Shown: piece by piece, positions 58,368 to 64,000 of the stretch
Layout: the number at the start of each line of letters is the position of its first letter
Numbering within the stretch: the first letter of the stretch is position 1
Source of the DNA: a virus
DNA: 64,000 nucleotides
IMG/VR virus record: IMGVR_UViG_3300032222_000151
Coordinates: 54,810-118,809 of that record
Direction: 5' to 3' (one strand)
The notes under the pieces: model-generated
Told to the model about the DNA's origin: nothing
Seen by the model: only the letters and a program-made list of their open reading frames with translations
Databases searched by the model: none
Translations under genes and position numbers: made by a program

Positions 58368-58453
58368 GTAATTTTTTCATAAGCGGAAACGCATTCTTTT
58401 GGTTTTCTTTTATTTGTTTATTTTATGGACTTTACTCTTTTGTAAAAGAATAA
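58364..58453 (+). CDS. Hydrophobic membrane peptide (29 aa)
   Basis: MSNFFISGNAFFWFSFICLFYGLYSFVKE; SD GAGG, ATGA overlap. Confidence 0.5.
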   Translation: MSNFFISGNAFFWFSFICLFYGLYSFVKE

Positions 58454-58466
58454 AATAAAAAAAAGG

Positions 58467-58496
58467 ATCGCAGAAATAAAAACTCTGCGATTTTTT
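58467..58496 (+). terminator. Intrinsic terminator
   Basis: ATCGCAGA..TCTGCGAT followed by T-run. Confidence 0.7.
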
Positions 58497-58497
58497 G

Positions 58498-58727
58498 CAC
58501 GTGGCGACTTATCCACAGGCTGTGTATAACTAATGTGTTTAAGGTCACACTTTTATTTCCCCGATTTACGGCGTGTCGCCTTGACTTTTTGAGATTTCTT
58601 TGCTATACTTCTAGGTATACAATTAAATAAGATAAATAAGCAATGAGCCTTAGCAAATAAATGTGACGAGTATCACAGTGAGCCTAAGCAAATAAGTGCC
58701 CAATTTGTCAGACCCCCATGCTAGACT
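58498..58727 (+). promoter_or_regulatory. Intergenic cassette with two DnaA boxes, two CRP-type boxes and tandem promoters
   Basis: CACGTG; TTATCCACA 58509; TGTGTATAA 58521; TTGACT-N17-TATACT; TGTCA-N11-TAGACT. Confidence 0.75.
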
Positions 58728-58760
58728 TACTATAACAAACAAACGAAAGGTAGTCACCAA

Positions 58761-58958
58761 ATGACATACACTATAACACTAGAAACCTTTTCAGGTTCTA
58801 CCAAAAAAATCAACTTCTCATCACGAGGTCAGGTTGCTCAATTCGTATCTCAATACCCTAACACTCTCCCTGTTGGCGTATCTGTCAAGGTTGCTTGCGA
58901 CTCTCTCGGAATTAGTGGCACACTTCGTGGCACTCAAACACTTACCCCCTCAAACTAA
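58761..58958 (+). CDS. Hypothetical protein
   Basis: 65 aa; SD GAAAGGT. Confidence 0.7.
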   Translation: MTYTITLETFSGSTKKINFSSRGQVAQFVSQYPNTLPVGVSVKVACDSLGISGTLRGTQTLTPSN

Positions 58959-58975
58959 GAATAGGAAATAAATAA

Positions 58976-59185
58976 ATGACAATTTCAATTGAACACTCAC
59001 TAAAATTCGTAACAGAGTTTGACGAAAATCATCCAATCGCTAAGCAGGCCCTTGCACTACCTCAATCAGATTTAATTGCAATGCTTGAAGGAATGCTAAA
59101 GGACCTACTCGTTCCCGCACTACTTCCAGAAATTAACAAGATAAACGAAAACGGCTCTTATGCAATTCTTAAGGTGGTTGCATAA
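58976..59185 (+). CDS. Hypothetical protein
   Basis: 69 aa; SD AGGA. Confidence 0.65.
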   Translation: MTISIEHSLKFVTEFDENHPIAKQALALPQSDLIAMLEGMLKDLLVPALLPEINKINENGSYAILKVVA

Positions 59186-59367
59186 TGATGACTCGTAAAG
59201 ACTACATCGAAACTGCAAAAATTCTAAATCAATTCGCAAATGAAATTGATTCAAAAACTTTTCAAGATTTAATTTTTGAATTTAGCGAATGGTTTACTGC
59301 TGACAATCCAAGATTTGACGAAAATAAATTTTGGGATGCTTGCGTTAAAGAGCCTGCACTAGTATAA
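59185..59367 (+). CDS. Hypothetical phage protein (MTRKDY..DNPRFD..F..AC family)
   Basis: 60 aa, coupled to upstream gene. Confidence 0.7.
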   Translation: MMTRKDYIETAKILNQFANEIDSKTFQDLIFEFSEWFTADNPRFDENKFWDACVKEPALV

Positions 59368-59370
59368 AAA

Positions 59371-59399
59371 AGATCCTGAGCATGATCTAAAACTGCTCA
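59371..59399 (+). ncRNA. Putative H-type pseudoknot element, copy 1
   Basis: AGATC-CTGAGCAT-GATCT-AAAAC-TGCTCA. Confidence 0.65.
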
Positions 59400-59407
59400 A
59401 AATTTTT

Positions 59408-59628
59408 CACGTGCCGTTTTCCACAGGTCAGACCAAGTTATCCACAGGTCATTTAAGATGTGAGATTAAACACACCCTCTGAGCGTCTCACTATTTAAGA
59501 TTACTCGAAAGTAACTTGAGATTTTTTGTCTAATAGGCTAGACTTACATAGTAAGAAAAAATAAATAAAAGAAAGTCTATTCTCTTACGGCGTGTCTAAC
59601 CGAAAATGTCAGACCCCCATGATAGGAT
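59408..59628 (+). promoter_or_regulatory. Intergenic cassette with DnaA boxes, CRP-type box and promoter
   Basis: CACGTG; TTTTCCACA 59417; TTATCCACA 59438; TGTGA-N6-ACACA 59459; ACGGCGTGTC 59587; TGTCA-N11-TAGGAT. Confidence 0.7.
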
Positions 59629-59659
59629 AGAATTATCAACAAAACGAAAGAGGTTGCTC

Positions 59660-59869
59660 ATGTCAGCAAATGTCTATACAATAGAAAACCTACTTGTAGG
59701 AAAAACTTATAAGTCCCGCACACTAACGGGAGAAATTATCTCAGCCGAAAAGTCTGATGTATGGTATACAGGTTGCGAGTCTTATCGTGTTCAGGTACGC
59801 CCACACTACTCAGCCCCACTTAACCTAAAAGATACATACCGCATACTTGCAGTAAGAATTGGAGACTAA
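59660..59869 (+). CDS. Hypothetical small beta-barrel protein
   Basis: Start MSANVY with SD GAGGT. Confidence 0.65.
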   Translation: MSANVYTIENLLVGKTYKSRTLTGEIISAEKSDVWYTGCESYRVQVRPHYSAPLNLKDTYRILAVRIGD

Positions 59870-59872
59870 TAA

Positions 59873-60049
59873 ATGAATACTTGGGATTGCATGGATTGCT
59901 ATGATGAGGGTGTCCTATTTTGGGGCAACAATAATGGCGAATACGATACAGATTTTTGTGAGTGCAACAAGGGCGTTACACTTTACAACGAATACACCGC
60001 ATGGTATGCTAGTAATGAATTAAACGAATACACATTGGAGAACGCATAA
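59873..60049 (+). CDS. Zinc-ribbon mini-protein (58 aa)
   Basis: MNTWDCMDCYDEG..FCEC; SD GGAG. Confidence 0.6.
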   Translation: MNTWDCMDCYDEGVLFWGNNNGEYDTDFCECNKGVTLYNEYTAWYASNELNEYTLENA

Positions 60050-60270
60050 TGGAAAAAGAATACCTATACTCAGTTACTATTGCCTATGACTCAGACCTTA
60101 AGCCTCGTTGGACAGGGCGTTACTCAGATGCTTTAACTGCCGTTGAAGTTTATCAGCGCTTTGTAGATGTAGGCTTTGCTAACGAGTATGTAACAGTTAA
60201 TCTGTCTGAACCTTCAGGCAAGATGCACACAAAAATTATTGACCGCATGGGAAAGGTAACAACACGATAA
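60049..60270 (+). CDS. Hypothetical protein
   Basis: 73 aa, coupled. Confidence 0.65.
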   Translation: MEKEYLYSVTIAYDSDLKPRWTGRYSDALTAVEVYQRFVDVGFANEYVTVNLSEPSGKMHTKIIDRMGKVTTR

Positions 60271-60593
60271 TGGGAAACAATTTTGCACAAGACTTAGCAG
60301 AAAACATTGACATAAGCCTTGAACAGGCTATCGGTTATCACTTACAGGGTAATCACTATCCACCAGTACCACTAAGCATGGTAGCCCCTTGCATTGAAGC
60401 GTTAGATGCTGCACGAGAAATGGACGCTATGCGTCAAATTGAAATGCCTGAAGGCGTATTCTATAAGGGAAAGACTACTGCACCAGCATGGGCTATCATT
60501 GAGCAACACCACTTAGATGCATGGTTGCCACAAGATGAAAATGAATACTATGGTGAAGATGCAGGCTATGAACTAGGGTTAGGATTAGAATAA
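60270..60593 (+). CDS. Hypothetical phage protein
   Basis: HLQGNHYPPVP and IIEQHHLDAWL motifs. Confidence 0.7.
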   Translation: MGNNFAQDLAENIDISLEQAIGYHLQGNHYPPVPLSMVAPCIEALDAAREMDAMRQIEMPEGVFYKGKTTAPAWAIIEQHHLDAWLPQDENEYYGEDAGYELGLGLE

Positions 60594-60835
60594 TGTCTGA
60601 TACAATGGTAAACATGGAATTGTTACACGCTGATAACTTAACACCAGATCAGATCATGCTTGGTGATTTAATTAAAATTGCTGATGACATTGTTGAAGTT
60701 ATTTTTATTGAAAGTGATTCAACAGGTGATAACTATGACATACAAACGCAAAATGAGTTTGGTGAAAAAGAAGTTACACAGTATGCATACACTGATTTAA
60801 TTCCGTTATATGTTTTTATTGATGAAGATGAATAG
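60593..60835 (+). CDS. Hypothetical acidic protein
   Basis: 80 aa, coupled. Confidence 0.65.
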   Translation: MSDTMVNMELLHADNLTPDQIMLGDLIKIADDIVEVIFIESDSTGDNYDIQTQNEFGEKEVTQYAYTDLIPLYVFIDEDE

Positions 60836-60844
60836 TTAAAAGTA

Positions 60845-60870
60845 TTTTTGTGTGCTTCCCCGCACAAAAA
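60845..60870. terminator. Hairpin flanked by T and A runs
   Basis: TTTTTGTGTGC-TTCCCC-GCACAAAAA. Confidence 0.5.
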
Positions 60871-60945
60871 TGCACGTGGCCCATATGTGAGATTTATCAC
60901 ATTTAAGAAATTGACATTTTTACCCCTGTATGATAAGATTAATTT

Positions 60946-61098
60946 ATGAAGAAAAATGCAGAGGAATTACGCAGGCTTATGGAATTGCGCCGTAGCAATG
61001 CAGCCTCTGCCGTACCCAATAAGAAAAAGTATGACAGAAAAAAATGTCAGTCCTTAATGCTAGAATTGAAGAAAGAAAGAGGGCCCCACTATGACTAA
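60946..61098 (+). CDS. Small basic protein (50 aa), leaderless
   Basis: MKKNAEELRRLMELRRSNAASAVPNKKKYDRKK..; TTGACA-N17-TAAGAT 6 nt upstream. Confidence 0.65.
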   Translation: MKKNAEELRRLMELRRSNAASAVPNKKKYDRKKCQSLMLELKKERGPHYD

Positions 61099-61813
61099 AC
61101 TCCTACGCTCAAAAGATAGAAAGGTTGCTAACCTTGTCACACCTAATGGAAAACAAGCAAGTATCGCTAACACATTCGGACTACCTGCAGGAAAGAACTA
61201 TTCATGTCCTGGCGCAACGAGTGTCTGCGAGAGTGTTTGCTATGCAGGCAAATTGGAAAAAGTATTCCCAACAGTAAAGAAAAACCTATTGCACAATTGG
61301 GCATTGCTTAAAGACGCAGACGGCGAAACCATGGTTCGCTTACTTAATGAAATGATCACAGAATTTAAGGCTGATTGCGTAAAGCGTGAGGCACCTATGC
61401 TATTCCGCATTCATTGGGACGGTGACTTCTTTAATGATACCTACGCATACGCATGGAAAGTGGTTATTGATAAGCACCCTGACATTCAATTCTGGGTATA
61501 CACTCGTGTGAAGAGTGCTGCACTTATTCTTAAGGATGTATCTAATCTATCATTGTATTTTTCTGCAGACAGTGAGAATGTTAAAACTGCCGTTGATCTA
61601 AAAATTAACAGTGGCGTACGCATGGCATACCTTGCTAAGAATTTTGCTATTGGTCAAGCCGATGTAAAAGAAATGATCGGACGACCTGCTGCTAAGTGTC
61701 CTGAGAATAATAAACAGATTCCACTTATCTCTCAACAAGGATCCGCTTGCGTTTCGTGCTCACTTTGTGTATACTCTAAGAGTGACATAATTTTTTCTGC
61801 AACTAAGAAATGA
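61091..61813 (+). CDS. Gp88-like phage protein (Cys-cluster, radical-SAM-like fold)
   Basis: FGLPAG..CPGATSVCESVCYA, FRIHWDGDF, FWVYTR, C-terminal CxxCxxC. Confidence 0.75.
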   Translation: MTKLLRSKDRKVANLVTPNGKQASIANTFGLPAGKNYSCPGATSVCESVCYAGKLEKVFPTVKKNLLHNWALLKDADGETMVRLLNEMITEFKADCVKREAPMLFRIHWDGDFFNDTYAYAWKVVIDKHPDIQFWVYTRVKSAALILKDVSNLSLYFSADSENVKTAVDLKINSGVRMAYLAKNFAIGQADVKEMIGRPAAKCPENNKQIPLISQQGSACVSCSLCVYSKSDIIFSATKK

Positions 61814-61819
61814 GATGAG

Positions 61820-61882
61820 ATGAACACAATGCAAGTTATATTTTTATTTTGGTTATTGTTCTTTTTATTTTTATTGCAATGA
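61820..61882 (+). CDS. Possible hydrophobic peptide (20 aa)
   Basis: MNTMQVIFLFWLLFFLFLLQ; weak start context. Confidence 0.3.
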   Translation: MNTMQVIFLFWLLFFLFLLQ

Positions 61883-62050
61883 TTTGAAAAGGGGCCACGT
61901 CCGCAAAATCTGGTTTGTCAAGTTGCGACACGCCTTTAAGATGTGATTAAGGTCACACCCCAAAACCCCCGCTGAATTGGTATTTCTGACATTTTTCTGC
62001 TAAAATTATACTATAAGCAATTAACCCCCACAACGAAAGGCAAGACCCAA

Positions 62051-62221
62051 ATGTCAATTAACGGATACACATACCAAATCGGTGATTTATTCACAACAAG
62101 CAAAACAGGCGTTACAGGTCGTATCGCAGGTTTCTCACCAATCAATAATAAGGTTACTAGAGTTAGCCTAGTCCTAGCAAACGGCTCTCGTCGCTTGGCT
62201 ATGGTCAAGACATCTAAGTAA
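62051..62221 (+). CDS. Small SH3/KOW-like protein (56 aa)
   Basis: MSINGYTYQIGDLFTTSKTGVTGRI..; SD GAAAGG. Confidence 0.7.
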   Translation: MSINGYTYQIGDLFTTSKTGVTGRIAGFSPINNKVTRVSLVLANGSRRLAMVKTSK

Positions 62222-62327
62222 TCTCACATTGTGAGAAATGTCAGGTTTCGATTTGACATTTTTATCCCCAAAATGTTATACTTAGGTATAACCAAATAAC
62301 AACCCCTAAACAGAAAAGAGAAAACAA

Positions 62328-62492
62328 ATGGCAGTAGCAACAGCAACTTACAAGGTAGGCGACACTTTCACAACTCAGAAGTCAAAGGTCACAGGAGTAA
62401 TCACAGAGATTAACCCACAGGCTAATGGTAATGTTCGTGTAAAGTTAGATGTCAATGGACAGGCTCGCTATACAACTTGGACGGCTAAGTAA
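62328..62492 (+). CDS. Small SH3/KOW-like protein (54 aa), paralog of 62051-62221
   Basis: MAVATATYKVGDTFTTQKSKVTGVI..; promoter TTGACA-N18-TATACT. Confidence 0.7.
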   Translation: MAVATATYKVGDTFTTQKSKVTGVITEINPQANGNVRVKLDVNGQARYTTWTAK

Positions 62493-62503
62493 TACAATTA
62501 GTA

Positions 62504-62531
62504 ATTCCTGAGCATGAATACAAACTGCTCA
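62504..62531 (+). ncRNA. Putative H-type pseudoknot element, copy 2
   Basis: ATTC-CTGAGCAT-GAAT-ACAAAC-TGCTCA. Confidence 0.65.
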
Positions 62532-62565
62532 AACAAACCCCCTAACAGTAAAGGAACAGACCCAC

Positions 62566-62988
62566 ATGGCAAGAGGAAAAGCAATCTCAGTAAAAATCGC
62601 AACACCAAAGGTAATCAAGGCACTTGAGACAAAGTTAGCAGAAGTTAATGCTAACTATGCTAATCAAGAAGCAAACGAAGCAAAGTATAAGAAGCAATAC
62701 GAAAAGTATCAGAAGGAACTTACTGCTTATGCCGTTGCTAACATCAAGAAAGCAGAGAACTTTCGTACCAACTTCCGCTCATGGAATAATCAGTTAAACA
62801 TTGACTTTGACCTAACAGTTTCAGAGGCAGACCTACCAAAAGAGCCAACTAAGGACTTTGAGGTTATGTCACAATGGAACTACAAGGAAATCGTAGATGA
62901 GATTGAGAACGCAATTCGTATTCTCAAGATGACAGATGAGGAAGTAGTTAATACTTCCACATACAATGCGGTTGCTCGTTATCTCTAA
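62566..62988 (+). CDS. Hypothetical coiled-coil protein
   Basis: 140 aa; SD AAGGA. Confidence 0.75.
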   Translation: MARGKAISVKIATPKVIKALETKLAEVNANYANQEANEAKYKKQYEKYQKELTAYAVANIKKAENFRTNFRSWNNQLNIDFDLTVSEADLPKEPTKDFEVMSQWNYKEIVDEIENAIRILKMTDEEVVNTSTYNAVARYL

Positions 62989-63038
62989 TTAAATCAACAC
63001 GACCACAGAAATGCGTGTATAAATAAATAAAGTGGAAA

Positions 63039-63066
63039 CCACCTGAGTATGTGGCTAAACTGCTCA
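63039..63066 (+). ncRNA. Putative H-type pseudoknot element, copy 3
   Basis: CCAC-CTGAGTAT-GTGG-CTAAAC-TGCTCA. Confidence 0.65.
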
Positions 63067-63185
63067 CCCCTCTCCCCTTGTGTTTCACGCTATGGTTAGC
63101 AAGGATCCCCTAGAGGAGTGGGACTAAATTTGTCAGCGGTACCCAGTACAATTGAATTAATCAACCAAACAGAAAGAGGGCCCCC

Positions 63186-63605
63186 ATGGACCAGGTAACA
63201 AAAGTAGACAATCACTACATGACACGAGAGTTTTTAGAAACTCAATTAGTAGAAAACAAGAAGCGCATCCAGCAACTTGAAGAACACATTCAAACAGTAA
63301 CACAACGTTCATATGGAGAAGCCGCAGAGCGCAACCGTATGCGTAATGAAATGCAAGAGTGGACCTTGGAAGCAATGGAGCACGGTACCATTGATGAAAG
63401 CACTGCAGAAGAAATTGCAAACATTTGCGGTTTTGAATTATCAAAAGAATTTGAACTAGAGGTAACCGTTCAATATTCAATTACAGTTAATGCTCGTGAT
63501 GAGGAATCTGCACAGAATGCAATTCATGACATTGATTTTGATTCAGTCTCATATGGTGAAGAAGTAACTTACTTGTCATCCAGTGTTGACAGAATAGAAA
63601 TTTAG
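63186..63605 (+). CDS. Hypothetical acidic protein
   Basis: 139 aa; promoter TGTCA-N11-TACAAT upstream. Confidence 0.75.
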   Translation: MDQVTKVDNHYMTREFLETQLVENKKRIQQLEEHIQTVTQRSYGEAAERNRMRNEMQEWTLEAMEHGTIDESTAEEIANICGFELSKEFELEVTVQYSITVNARDEESAQNAIHDIDFDSVSYGEEVTYLSSSVDRIEI

Positions 63606-63622
63606 TAGGGGGCTACTAATAC

Positions 63623-63650
63623 GGACCTGAGCATGTCTTTTAAACTGCTC
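63623..63650 (+). ncRNA. Putative H-type pseudoknot element, copy 4
   Basis: GGAC-CTGAGCAT-GTCT-TTTAAAC-TGCTC. Confidence 0.65.
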
Positions 63651-63670
63651 CTCTGTTTCCTCAAAAAATG

Positions 63671-63799
63671 CACGTGGGGCCTGTGGATAACTTTGTGGAT
63701 AACTTTAAGATTGTGTGAATTTAATCACATTACGGAATGTCCGATTTATCCCATCTTTAACTATCCCGATTTGCATTTGTCAGACCCTCCCTGTATACT
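63671..63799 (+). promoter_or_regulatory. Intergenic cassette with DnaA boxes, CRP box and promoter
   Basis: CACGTG; TGTGGATAA at 63682 and 63694; TGTGA-ATTTAA-TCACA 63714; TGTCA-N11-TATACT. Confidence 0.75.
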
Positions 63800-63830
63800 T
63801 AAATTATCAACAACAAAAAGGAGAAAACTC

Positions 63831-64000
63831 ATGGCACATGAACTAGAATCACAAAATGGTAAGGCTTCATTCGCTTCATTTCGTGAACCTGCTTGGCATG
63901 GATTGGGTACCGTATTTACAGAAGAAAAAACAACAAGCGAAATGCTTGCTGCTGCCAATCTAAATAATTGGAATGTTCGTCTGGAAGATTTGGAAACCCC
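63831..64000 (+). CDS. DUF932-family phage/plasmid protein, partial
   Basis: MAHELE..REPAWHGLGTV N-terminal signature; SD AGGAG. Confidence 0.8.
   Translation, partial: MAHELESQNGKASFASFREPAWHGLGTVFTEEKTTSEMLAAANLNNWNVRLEDLET

Noticed and set aside
59371-63650. CTGAG..AAAC repeats as hammerhead ribozymes
   Set aside because: The core would need CUGANGA and GAAA with three stems; here it is CUGAG(C/U)A with no GAAA, and the pairing fits a pseudoknot
1-64000. tRNA genes, integrase, terminase
   Set aside because: None recognised in this window; they may lie elsewhere in the genome

Overview
This window is a 64-kb segment of a large tailed dsDNA phage (siphovirus-like Caudoviricetes), probably infecting an actinobacterium. 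The host call is inferred from leaderless promoters, CRP/GlxR- and WhiA-like sites, and Gp88- and DUF932-like genes. Bases 1-30 kb (minus strand) hold the morphogenesis genes: portal, prohead protease with a probable nested scaffold, major capsid, neck, tail tube, two paralogous tail chaperones, a 3025-aa tape measure protein carrying an inserted kinase-like domain, and baseplate proteins. A class II (B12-dependent) ribonucleotide reductase follows. Bases 32-54 kb hold fibre/adhesin genes and two cassettes in which a protein with a Pro/aromatic repeat tail (shared end motif [16 protein letters not shown]) is followed directly by tailoring enzymes. These are seven intact-looking 2OG-Fe(II) oxygenases, a sulfotransferase, a POFUT-like glycosyltransferase and a GDP-mannose epimerase-like enzyme, suggesting a hydroxyproline-glycoprotein-like virion modification system. 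Bases 56-64 kb are a divergent early-type region of mini-ORFs. Its intergenic cassettes contain CACGTG, paired DnaA boxes, ten CRP-type boxes, GACAC motifs, a fixed-spacing TGTCA-N11-(-10) promoter class and four covarying copies of a small H-type RNA pseudoknot. All calls come from reading the sequence by eye; no database searches were run.
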